A stretch of 64,000 bases of DNA, taken from positions 3,844,001 through 3,908,000 of the forward strand of contig JBLDXI010000007.1 in assembly GCA_047495785.1 (NCBI GenBank). The letters are read 5' to 3'. This DNA comes from Lepidodermella squamata. Lineage: Eukaryota > Animalia > Gastrotricha. Both the position numbers and the translations under genes were made by a program. This document shows, piece by piece, positions 48,973 to 61,336 of the stretch (its first letter is position 1; every line of letters starts with the position of its first letter). Under the pieces are notes generated by a model. The model saw only the letters and a program-made list of their open reading frames with translations, did no database searches and was not told the DNA's origin.

Positions 48973-51663
48973 TCAATCGCTGAGACCAGAATGCTTATCA
49001 GTGGACGACTTTCTTTCTTCTAAACCAGCAGCTTGAAGACGCCGATGACCCAGACTGGACGCTATCTTTTTAGCCGCCTCGGCATGACCCAAACGTTGAG
49101 CATATTCAAACGGAGTCTCACCACGGTCATTTCGCGTTTGAACATTAGCGCCGCATGTTAGCAGGGCATCCAAGGCCCTCAAAGCTGCAGCTGATGAAGT
49201 CGATAGGCGAACAGCCTCATGAAGCGGCGTATTTCCAAAGGCAGTAGCAGGGCCTCTAATACTGAGTGCGTCTTCGCCAGGTTTAGCGTACTGGCTGATG
49301 ACTGGAATACAGTCTGGGTGGCGATTGATCACCGCCAAATGAGCAAGCGACCAACCGTCACGAGATTTCATGCCTGGGTCTACATCAGATTCCGAGAAAA
49401 GTCTAGCTAGTTCGGCATGTCGACCAGCTCCGTCAACTCCTAGCTCTTTTAAGGCCAACATCGACGGTTTGCTGCTCATAGCTTCCTCTACAGCTGAAAT
49501 AGGACGGCGCCGATGGGCTGTTCCTAAAGAACGGGAAACAACTGATCCGGCAACTTTCCGACCAGCACGACGCGGGGTGGATGATACGACAAATTTTTGA
49601 TTGGTACGGCGTTTGACTCCATACAAAAGATGGTGGCTATCTGACGGTTGATCCTCTCGGAATGTATCTAAAATGTCTGCATCTGTGGTTTCCTCTTCCT
49701 CAGAAGCCGTGATCAACTCGCCGTCATCCTCAGTTGTGTTTCGGTCGTCAAGAGCTAATCGATCGATCTGCCGATTTGTTGAAACATAATCGTCAAGATC
49801 TGCGTATTTGTCGTTGTTGTTCGAGCCGTAGGCCCTACGACCCGCACTAGGGTTGCCTTTCAACCGCATTGGGTTTGACATGTCGCTGGTAGCACGACGC
49901 GGTTCGTATTTGGAATAAGCGTCCATTCCACTGCGACCACTTCGTCCACTTAGCATACTTCCACGGTCATTCCACTCTCGAATTCCCGACGAAGGAGTAA
50001 CGCCGCGACGCATGGTGTCGCGGCTTTGTAAATTGCTACGTTGGTTATGTGCATGAGGCAGGTTGAAAACCAGCCGTAAAACGAACTCATCTCCTCCGCT
50101 ATTTGTGACACGAGCTGCAAGAAGCCTGCCGAGTTGATGCGGTCCAATAGCTGCCCTAAAATCAGCTGAGCTACTTGCAAACGCCTCGAGTTGGCCGTTG
50201 ATATGCTTCAATTGTTGGCGCCAATAGCCGCGGCCAGGACTCAACGAAGTCACGGTCATGTTGCCGCTGTTATTGATGTTTGAGTCGACATCTGGTGCCT
50301 GAGGAACGTAAGCCCCTGTCTGTACGGTTTGAACAGCTTTGTTCATTTTATAAACGTAAGTATCGCCGGTCAGTCGAGCCAATGGATCAATAACTGTCGG
50401 CGTATTTGTGGCAGGAAATGTTTGGTTGAAGTAGTCGTTGCCCATTTTCCCAGTCGAAGCCATGCTGCGAGTGTCAAAATCACGGCTCGGGGCAACAGCA
50501 ACAGTTCCGCATTGAAGACAGGGGCGATTAGGACCAAGTAAATGACTCCCACACTTCGAACAGATTTGATGAGCCACGGTCGGTGCAGTCGGAAGACGAG
50601 CAGAACACCAGTCACAAAACCGTGCTCTAACGTCGTTCAATCGAGTACACGACGTGCAGCGCACGTGAGTGGTCGTACCTGGCAAAGTAGCACTTGGCTG
50701 TGGGTGGATCGTCGGCATAGGAGGGGCGCTCGTTCCCACAAAGCCAGGGCGCATGTCAGTGGGCAATGCATTTTGACACGAAAAACATCTCCCAGCTCCG
50801 ACGGGATTGTTAACCCCGCAAACAAGACATGATATCACGTTCCAGCCTCCTTGCATTCCTCCTTGAGGTACAGGAACAATAACTTGAGATGAATTAGGTG
50901 GGTGGGGAGTAGAAGGAGCTGCCGAAACGGGCAAAGCAGTCACCAGGATGCTATCGCATTCGCAAACGACACATCGCGAAGCTCCAGGAGGTAGACGGAG
51001 GCCGCATCGAGCACACGTGTATAGATGAGATACTTCTTGCGGCGCGCTTGAGGCACGATGTTGCTGAGTTTGCTGCATGGAATCCTTCATGCTAGCCCCT
51101 CTCATCGAATTTTGAGGATCCATGTTGGATGAGTTGAAGGCCTCATCGGCATATCGACTAGGGTAAGCGACCGATTTATCTTGACGTTTCTGTTGTTGCT
51201 GCTCTTCGGACCAAGCGGAGTATAAGTTTCTAGCGAATGCCTCTTTGCTGCTAGCAGGGCGTCTTCCGTGGCTGCGAGCACTCATGTCATCGATGAAGTT
51301 CAAACCATCACTGCGAGCGCTCTCTCGGCCACTCAGACCTCGTCCCTCGATCACAGTCCCCTTTATTCCAGCAACCGTGAAGTTGCGCGATGCGATAGCA
51401 CTTTCCCGTCCATCAGGCGTAACAGCCACTGCTCTGATAGTGTATTTCCCGGGAGCCAATGAAAAAGCGTTTCGGTACTTGCGAGTGCTGCGGCTTGACT
51501 CACCCGGTCTTGTTCCATCAACTGTGAAGTAAATTAACGCTCCAGGGGTGTCCGTTGAGATCTCTATTTTCGTTCCTGAGTCAACTCCACTGCGACGGCC
51601 TGATACTCCTGCGGAGTAGTTCAAGGCAATGATTTGAGGTACGGCAACAGCACCAGCTGCCAT
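48973..51663 (-). CDS. DZANK1: Double zinc ribbon and ankyrin repeat protein 1
   Basis: Start MAAGAVAVPQII, Fn3-like IYFTVDGTRP..DGRES, CxxC zinc ribbons (ARFCDWC), SPGRGYWRQQL, C-terminal ankyrin repeats. Intronless. Confidence 0.9.
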   Translation of the reverse strand: MAAGAVAVPQIIALNYSAGVSGRRSGVDSGTKIEISTDTPGALIYFTVDGTRPGESSRSTRKYRNAFSLAPGKYTIRAVAVTPDGRESAIASRNFTVAGIKGTVIEGRGLSGRESARSDGLNFIDDMSARSHGRRPASSKEAFARNLYSAWSEEQQQQKRQDKSVAYPSRYADEAFNSSNMDPQNSMRGASMKDSMQQTQQHRASSAPQEVSHLYTCARCGLRLPPGASRCVVCECDSILVTALPVSAAPSTPHPPNSSQVIVPVPQGGMQGGWNVISCLVCGVNNPVGAGRCFSCQNALPTDMRPGFVGTSAPPMPTIHPQPSATLPGTTTHVRCTSCTRLNDVRARFCDWCSARLPTAPTVAHQICSKCGSHLLGPNRPCLQCGTVAVAPSRDFDTRSMASTGKMGNDYFNQTFPATNTPTVIDPLARLTGDTYVYKMNKAVQTVQTGAYVPQAPDVDSNINNSGNMTVTSLSPGRGYWRQQLKHINGQLEAFASSSADFRAAIGPHQLGRLLAARVTNSGGDEFVLRLVFNLPHAHNQRSNLQSRDTMRRGVTPSSGIREWNDRGSMLSGRSGRSGMDAYSKYEPRRATSDMSNPMRLKGNPSAGRRAYGSNNNDKYADLDDYVSTNRQIDRLALDDRNTTEDDGELITASEEEETTDADILDTFREDQPSDSHHLLYGVKRRTNQKFVVSSTPRRAGRKVAGSVVSRSLGTAHRRRPISAVEEAMSSKPSMLALKELGVDGAGRHAELARLFSESDVDPGMKSRDGWSLAHLAVINRHPDCIPVISQYAKPGEDALSIRGPATAFGNTPLHEAVRLSTSSAAALRALDALLTCGANVQTRNDRGETPFEYAQRLGHAEAAKKIASSLGHRRLQAAGLEERKSSTDKHSGLSD

Positions 51664-52597
51664 TATTATATTATATACTTTTCTAATCAAAACTATACTA
51701 AAATAGAAATTATTGCAGGGATGAAAGTGACAATTTCTTTATCATTAAACTGTATAAGACAGACGCTTTCTTTGGATGACTCAGTGGCATAACCAAAAGC
51801 TAAACCAAGAAACAATAAACAATAATAATCTTTAATTAACAAAGCGATGCATCCGTTGAGCGACTTGGACCATTGGACCATTGGAAATGCCGGACAACAA
51901 AGCGACAAGCCTTGAGCTAGACGCTGTTACTAAGGTAAATAAACGTTGTTAAGAAAAGTAAAAAATATAAATCTGAATCTAAAAAATAATTTAAGCCATA
52001 TCATATAGTATAAAAAATAAAAGGTGAAAATGAACAAAATTTTCATAGGGCGGTTTCTCATCTTTTGAGGGAGACGGCAACCGGGAGTGACGAGATCGAA
52101 GGGCGCGAACCTCTGAGGGCCGTCAGCCAGACGTCATCTGCTGTTTTTTTCTTATCTAAGCGTTTATCTTTCTATCGCTTTTCTTTGCTATTACAGTGCA
52201 ACTGCTTTTAATGAAGTTTTATGCATAATCATTGCGATAAACTTTGATTTCGCTCGTTGAAATCGGCTTAAATCGGAGTGTAAAATGCCGTAGAAAATCA
52301 CGAGCATCGAGCATCGCAACTACCGAATACCTCTGCCTGGTGCCTGTATTTATTGCGTTCATTTGCCAGTTTTGTGGTTACAACATCCATTTGAATCACA
52401 GTTATCTGTCACTATTTTATCGCCAGGCTGTAGGCTGATAATTGCGCTGCTACGTCACTAGGCTCGCGCCAAATTTTTTTGCACATTCAGTCATTACAAC
52501 CCTATATAAATAGCAATTCTATTACCATCCTGTCATTTTCGTCCTGTTAAGTAAATTATTCTCTCTACGCTAATTATAGGACATTGCTTTTTGTAAC

Positions 52598-53589
<992 letters not shown>

Positions 53590-54377
53590 AATATCGACCC
53601 TTCTTCGAACGGAATTCGTAACTCGTCGTGGTATTATAATATCTTAAAAACAACAACAAAACGTCACTAACAACAACAACAAACTCCCCGTGCGCCTTCT
53701 TTTCTCGCCCTATTTAGTTATATCGAGAGTTACTTATAATAATAAGTCAACCAATAACTTGACTTTAATTTTTTATGATGATGATGATGATTTCCTGATT
53801 TCTTAGTCAAACATCCAACAACTATTCGCGGTGGATTCGCCTAGTTGCTGAATGTGTCTTGTGTTACATATAAATATTATTGAAAATCCGAGCCGTGAAT
53901 TACGCCGGGGCAATGCTTTCGTTCGCAGCGTCCTACCTGTGCGCTCACATTATAAATATATATATGAAATGAAATTATATATATATCGTAGTCGCGAGAT
54001 GCCGTTTACTACTTATCTGTGTTAGCTTCTTTGGAACGAAACAAAAATCTAGTTGTTTTAGTACGGTTAAAAATGAAATCGCACACATGATATTTGTAAA
54101 TATTATTATTATAATTATTACCATGAGTCTGTCGTGATATAGCACAGCTAGAGTACCAGACACACAGTTTTTGTAGCGCTTGATGATCGATGATTTCTTC
54201 TTCGATATTGAATGTGTGTTTTCTTCTTCTTCTTCTCTTATTTGGACTTGATGATGACTTTTTTCTGTTGAAATATCGATATCAATAACTAAATTGCTCG
54301 CGCGATGATGTTTAAAAGTAAAGATGTGCGTACTGAAAATTTGTTTGTTTTTTCTTAGTTTTGCCTACTGTAAAATA

Positions 54378-57300
54378 ATGACGGCTGGTAACAGAATTAA
54401 AGAAATCCTCTCGTCGGTGCAGTTCAAGGTCAGGTTCATCTCCGTTGCGCCGAATATGGACCTTGTTCTCATCGTCTCGGAAGCTGAAGAGGTATACTTG
54501 ACGCCTGGTTTATATTTAACATCAGTCTCAATGGCATGTGATCGATTCAATCAAGGTGCTGGCGTATCGGTTCATTCAGAATTGGGTCAAAGTGTGGGCC
54601 TGTTCGCGGACTGCGGCGCCGCCTGGCGCGGGATCGAAAGCCACAATTATCGGCGTTGCTTGGGAACCTAACGGCAAATGTGCGTGATATTTATCGGGAA
54701 TTTCAGCTTCCTTCCGTAACGTCTCGCGCCATGAAATCAATTACTAAATGCTAAATTGGTCCCGTATTATGCTTTCCAATTTCACCCACGAATGGCGTTA
54801 ATTGCTCCGTTGGGGTGACAAGACGTGATATAAATACACAGGGCTGCCAAAAAGGAATCAAAAGCCAAATGGATATCATTTTAAAGTGAGGTTAAAAGTC
54901 AGGGAAACTAGGTGGATCTAAAGACGCAGAAAATGAGCGGTGATTATGCAGTTTTCCATATAAAATAGAGCTAAAAATACTGCTAAAATGTTTTCGCTAA
55001 ACTCGCACTAATGTACGAGTAAATAAATAATATGCGCGTAGTGATATTTCAGAGCTCGCCTGATCAAATTACGTACTAAAAGCGTTGTTGCCAGTTTGGT
55101 TTCCGTGTAAGAGTTCGATTTTAGATTTTGTTAGAATCAAATTATTCCGGCTATGGAACCACTCGCAAATTTTTGTTTGAGAATTTTGATTTTTTATCAA
55201 TGAAATTTAATCAATTTTCATTCCAGTAACTGATCGGGTCCCCCACAGAGTAAAAGGCTTCAAAGCATTATAAACCCCAAAAAGCGGTGCAAACGCCACG
55301 CAACAATAAATCGAATTGATTACAATAAAATTCTGCGTAATTTTCTGCATATAAGCTCATCATAACTTTAAGAGCCCGGCTTTTGAATTTTGGAAAATTT
55401 TCGAAAAACGACTTTTTCGACCAAATTGAGGTCTGAGCTACATTACGGAGTTTTCATGACATATGTTCCTCAAATTTTGGTGTGGAAAGCTAGAATAGCA
55501 GACCATCATGTTAGTCCATTGGTTGAAAATCAGAGGCTAAGCCTGAGCGCCTACTGGGAAGACTATTTAGTGCGTTTACCCTGCTTTGAAGCCTTCTGCT
55601 TCGTAGGGGACCCAACTGATCGATAGATATTATATTGAAAAAATCGATTTGATATTGATAAATTATGAGCACGTTATGATGTCATCTAAAATTATTTAAT
55701 TTTTTACAACTATTTTTTAGATTGTGTTGTGGGTCATTCTGATGGTACCTTAGCCTATTGCGACGTTGAATCCGGGGCAGTTTTCGTTCGAATCGAGCTC
55801 GACCTAGCCCGGTATGACGAGACCGGTCTGACCAGTGTTCGTTTTTCCAGCATTCCAGCCCCACCCTGCGATGCCCCGGGAGACTACTACGACTCGATGA
55901 CGCCACCTGGTGACTTAGTGCCAAAATACACATGTTCAAGTCTCCCTGACGAGTCTCAAGTCATTTTTCGAGCGTTGCAGCGGCATTTACTCGACAGCAA
56001 CGCCGAACGCAGTTATTTAGCGTGTTTTGGCAAGAAATTGAACATCTACCTGCTAGCGGGCGGTTTCGTGGTACTGGCTGTTGTCCAGCTGGGTGCTGAA
56101 ATTTCACCCTTGCCACTGCTGGCGTGTCTGCATAGCGACGTGCAGGCCCCTAGTGGCGATTTGATGGCGGTTTGCGAGTACAAAATGCGCAATATCAAGT
56201 CGTACTGCGTGTATCGACTCGCCAGTCCATTACTGGCGGCCAACCATCGCCACGTCCAGTTTGTAGCTCGCTCGTTGACCGATTTAATCGGGTGCCAAGT
56301 AAGTAATAAATTGTTTTTGAATATTGGAGAAAGAGTGAATAATAGTTTTTGGTTTATTCAATTTAATTTTGTTTAAGAAGTTGGCGCTAAAATGAAAATC
56401 TTGAGAGCGCTCGAGGCTCAAGCGAATTTTTTCATTTTGCATCTTAAAATTATAAAAAAACTATTTGTTTGCCCGGAAAGTAGGCTGGACATTGAAGTAG
56501 CAATATTCCATCCAAAATCCATTGAGCGAGATTTAAGCGGGTTACGATTTTATCAATACCAGATTGTTGTCATTATTTACACTGTGTGTGCCAAATGCAC
56601 CTACTAAAAACAAGGTTCCAACTCTAAATTTACGAAATTTCAAAGTCACTCGAACTAATCCCAGTTTTGACCAGTTATTTTTGGCCTACACCTCTTTCTG
56701 GTTTATTTGCACTGACGTCATCGGCCCTGGAGTCATCATGAGATTCATTGTTATCTACAAAATTATCAACTAATTATCAAGAACTCCGTCATGTATCACC
56801 GGGTCAAGTTGGGCTTGACTTGGAGAAGACGGCGAATTATGATTGAAACAATTATTCGAAAATAAAACTTTTGAATAGCTCGCATTTGGTGCCAAGTTTT
56901 GAAATTTGGTCCCGCTGAAAGATTTTCATTTACATGTAGATTTACATCAAGATATTATACATTATGGAGGACATTTTATTATCAATACTTTCGGAAAATA
57001 GTAGTAAATCGCTAGAACTTATTTAGTAATTAATTGGAAATTGGATCCATAATCAAGGCTTTATATTATTAGGAAATGGCTTCAATCGTCATCTCGCACG
57101 TAGCTGAGGGACTCGAGAGTGTCCTATTCGAGTTTTCTTCCAAAATCGACACACTCGCAACTTCGAAGAAAACTGCCAATTCAGGCCTGATTTCGACAGA
57201 TTTCATTCAATTGCTACTCTTAGGCCGCTGCTCAGCTGAAACCGAGCAATTTTTCACGCTGAATATTGGCGAAAGAGGCCTGCAACGACTGGCGAATTCA

Positions 57301-60300
57301 CTGCAGAAAAATTTCGGCGGTTTGCTAAAACAATTGATTTCAACCCTGGGCGGTATTGCCGATCGAATGGTGCTAGTTTCAAGCCGATTGATGGCTCTGC
57401 TGAAACACGAGTCGAAATTGGGCGAAGTTCGCCTCGGTGAGGCGAATTCGCCGAATCTAGCCGCTGCTTTACACCGATCTGCGTTACAATTTCGGCTGAA
57501 ACTCGCCCAATTGCATTCAGTCGCTCAGCAAGATGTCGGCCAACTGGCGGCTTTCGTGAAATTCTTGCAGTATGAGATGAACTATTTAACCGCGAAGCAA
57601 CAGCGCGATTCTTCGATGGCAAGTCAACGGTTGGAGGGAGCTGCGAAAGACCCGGCGCCGCTGTGCAGTGAGGACATCAAGGCGATTGTTGCGTTCATCC
57701 AGCGCAATTTCTTCGAGGATTATGATGCAGGCAAATGCGCTATTCGCTTCGATCGAATTTCGCAATTTTTCAAAGGTAATTTCAGGCGATATCAGACATT
57801 TTTAGTTAGTTTAGTTTGAGAAATTCAACTTTTTAGCGTTTTCTATTTTTTTATTCGCGATATATGTTCGACCGAGGTTCGCCAGCTTATAACGCACACT
57901 TCCACGTTTTTTCTTGAAAAGTTCGATGTCTATGCGTTGTGGTAACCATGTTCTCGGAAGTTTATTTCAGGAGTCGGTCAGTTAAGTTAGCCGATGGTAG
58001 GGCTCAACTGGAGTTTGCTGCTTTGCCGAGGCAAATGATGATTGAAATTTGAAATTGATGATGATTAGCAGAGTCTCGCGATGTTGTTGTCCTGTTAGGC
58101 AGACCCGTGAATCGACTCCGGATCTGAGGCGTACCTTTTCTTGCATCACTTCGAAGCTTTTTAAGAATAGTTTTTGCGTTAGTCTTACCGTTTTTATGGC
58201 CAGCGAAATTCTGAGAATCTGATTGCTTTTTCTTACCTTTCGCGGAACTTACCTGTCCGGAATTTTTCTTAGGGTCAAAGAGAAAGAAAGGCCCGACGCC
58301 GCCACCGGACTATACACTCGCCCAGACGTGTACCTGCTGGGAGTGCAAGTGTTTTTCGTAGATATCGTGGGGATTCGACTTGCGCAAATATATGTTGTAC
58401 GCCTTTAGAGGATCTAAGCTTATACGGCATAGGCTTAAGCTTATACGGGATAAGCGATATTTTAAACTGTCATAGAGGCCAAACCGTGAGGGTCACCATC
58501 GATCATCATAGATCAATCGATTGCTGTTATTAAGGGCTATCGATTGGTGCCAAATCGAATTCCGCGCGGCACATTCAGGGTCAAGCTTTGGCCGAAAAAC
58601 GCGAATTTTTCGCATTTTTTTTAACTTAGAAGGCAAAAATCATATTGCCAAGTGTTCCGCGCGGAATTCGATTTGGCACCAATCGATAGCCCTTAATAAC
58701 AGCAATCGATTGATCTATGATGATCGATGGTGACCCTCACGGTTTGGCTATTATTTCGGTTAAATACCATACCCTAAAGGCTTAAATCCCCTATAGGCGT
58801 ACAACATATACCGTATTTCGAGTGTTGACATTACCATCTAAACGAAATCGTATCATCGGCGCAAATACTTATCAGGAACTAGGGGACCTTCTTCTGAATC
58901 AGTAGCAAAGTCTTTGCAGCGGTTGATTCTTAATTTTTGTTCAGAAATGATTGCTGAAATGAACCCGAACCTTCTGTTTGAGCGGAACTTTCTGAAATGA
59001 TATGAAATAGTGTCATATTTACACAAAACATTATTTTCTGTTTAAAGTAATATTTAATCAAAATCAAGTGTATCCGAGGTGATATCAACATGCAGAGGAA
59101 ATGATAGGAAATAATAGTGGAAATAACAGAGGAAATAGATTCAAACCCAGCTCAACCTGCTCCGCTTCAGGCGAACTTGCAGGGCCAATGGAAGGGCCTA
59201 CTCTTTCAAAGACGCTAACACGCTCTTCTTGCCCTTGGGGCAGCAATAGAGGCGGACCAGAATCTTAGTTTGCGAATATTAATCGTCGCGTGTAATCTTT
59301 TTTAAGCAGACGTTTCACCCTTCTCGAAGGATACGCTTTCCACTTCAAGTCCTTTCGCAAAGCAGTCCACATGGTAGAACATGGAGGCAGAAGTAACGTT
59401 GCTCAGGGTAACTGCAATCTTGGTCTTTGCTTGAATTCGAGTGTTATTTGAAGATTGAGCGCATCCATACGCACGGTTAGGCGCCTTTTACATGTGGGAT
59501 TGAGGCCGGCGCCTGAAGATGTGAACTTTTTTTTACGAGCTCCCGTATTCTCGAACGACTGGGAGGCTTGCGATTAAACCTTTGCATGCACTTTTCCGAG
59601 AATGCTCTGTCGTTTCTTTTTTTTTTGCTGAGATACTGAATGACAGAAATTCGCTGATCTTTCGTAAGTTGCATTAGAAGGCGGGCATTAGAAATCATAA
59701 GGGACAGTTTTGAAATCAGGAGTATTAATCGAAGAATTGGCTAAAACGAGTGAACGAAGTAGTGGGGCGAAGTGTTTTTCTTGTTTTGAGACAGCCGGCG
59801 AAAGAGGACTCGATGACGTTCTCGATCACCAGCTGTCAGAGAGATCGTGCTATGCTGTTGCAGCGATATTAAGGCTATTTTCACAATGGTCGATTTCTCT
59901 ACTGTTCGCGGATAGGAGAGAACACATAGCATCAAAGAATAGTTGTTCAGTTTTCCAAGGTCGTTTACCTGTTAGCAAAGCGAACACCATTGGAACGCAC
60001 AGACCCATTTGCAGGACTATGTGAATCGTGAAAAGTTGGCAAAACAAACGTGGGCTGCACTTGAAAGTGCTATCAGCAGCGAGGTTGCTATGAACAATCA
60101 TCCATTTCAGAATGTAAAAATTTCAAAATAATTTCGATCAGTGTTATGCTTGGTCGATCTTGTGTTGCCTAGATTTGGCTCATTAAAGATCTGGTCAAAA
60201 TGTACTAACTCGCTTAGTTCGGTGCTCGATAGCTTTCACGAAATGCAAATTTGGAATAATTTGCAAGAATTTCGAATAAGGAACGGGTAACAAGGCTCGA

Positions 60301-61192
60301 GGTTTAAACTCACCCACCAGCTCTATCAGAGCAGGCCATTTTAATTGGTTTGAACATGGCATTAAAGCTATATTGCCTTTTTTTAGCTGATGCCGTAATT
60401 GACACGGACACGATAATGCAAAACCCGTGGGTCTCGTTCATGCTCGACGTCGAAACCACGCCGCTAGTAGCCGCAGGATCCGGCGCCAACGACATTGCCG
60501 CAGATCTCGACGCAATTATGCCGAAAAACGACCTGGAATCCAGCCTGGTCGCATCCCTACAACTCTTCTCATCATCACTGAAAAACGTTGTCTCAGCCCT
60601 GGTCACGTCACTATCCGGATCTTTCGCTGCAGATTGGTGCGCAAAGCTACCGACTTCAAATTTAGGCGATTGCGTGGTTTCCGCTGCTGAGAAACAACCG
60701 TTGGTCGGCGCTTTTGTCGATAAGGACAACTCAGCTTTACTCGCTTTACGCGTCGACTGGGCTAATCGCGAGGCTCGGGTTGAAAATATCGCGTTTTCTT
60801 CTCAGATCGAAGCCCCGATTCGTATTAATCACATTCTATCCGTTTCCAGCGAGGATTTAGCCACTCTCGGCCTATATGTTGTGCTTGAAAACAGTTCAAA
60901 TGGCGAAAATTTCGGCCAGTTGGTTGCGCTGAGTGACAAAAATCTCGGCACTGCAAACCAGGGTGAACGATCTGCGACTTACAAGAAGCTGGACGCAGTT
61001 CCAGCCTGTGTCTTGCTGCCGGCATCTGTTTCGGCTCAGCTGCCTATTGGTGATTCAAAAACGGTGTCTTTCGGCCGGTTGCATGCGGCGACCGATATGC
61101 TTTTCATTGCCTCGACAGGCCGGTCTTTGATCATTTTGCAGCCCGGTTTCCAGCTGCTTCGCGCTTTTCCCGGTCTGGAGGCTCATTCTTGA
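54378..61192 (+). CDS. ANAPC4: Anaphase-promoting complex subunit 4 (divergent)
   Basis: Exons 54378-54491, 54556-54679, 55721-56298, 57073-57775, 60387-61192 join in phase. Motifs APNMDLV..EVLAYR..KVW, VAWEPNGK, DFIQLLLLG, ERGLQRL, FDRISQFFK..NPW. Confidence 0.78.
55236..55613. mobile_element. MITE (378 bp) with GG termini and an 8-bp TSD (Merlin- or Mutator-like)
   Basis: Imperfect TIRs GGGTCCCC..AAGGCTTCAAAGCA. TSD AACTGATC at 55228-55235 and 55614-55621. Confidence 0.88.
58391..58808. mobile_element. TA-flanked MITE containing a younger 271-bp palindromic element (58478-58748)
   Basis: Outer TIR TATGTTGTACGCCT.TAG.GGAT.TAAGC with TA flanks. Inner arms 58478-58569 and 58657-58748 are reverse complements over about 92 bp. 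Confidence 0.88.
59265..59680 (-). mobile_element. Tc1/mariner-like transposase N-terminal (HTH) remnant
   Basis: MQLTKDQRISVI...RFNRKPPSRSRIRELVKK and, after a frameshift, STMWTALRKDLKWKAYP..V.RL...D..RR..FA. Confidence 0.65.
59920..60100 (-). mobile_element. MULE transposase domain remnant
   Basis: ADSTFKCSPRLFCQLFTIH...VPMVFALLTGK matches the MULE pattern DGTF.xxP..F.QL.TIH...P.V.ALL..K. Confidence 0.78.
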
Positions 61193-61336
61193 ATAATCTC
61201 ATCTTTTATCGAAATATTGACAAGATCCAAGCTTGAATGTTACGGACCAAAAGTTACTGCTCATGATTTTATCGAAATAAAATATGAAATTTATCACTTT
61301 CCCTAGAATTTTATATCGAATAATTGTTATACAAGA

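Noticed and set aside
54492-54525. Apparent 34-nt micro-intron in APC4
   Set aside because: The alternative acceptor at 54555 gives a 64-nt intron and a better match to the APC4 pattern EVLxxR.
54839-55100. CAGGGCTGCCAA hAT-like left end
   Set aside because: No matching right TIR or TSD was found.
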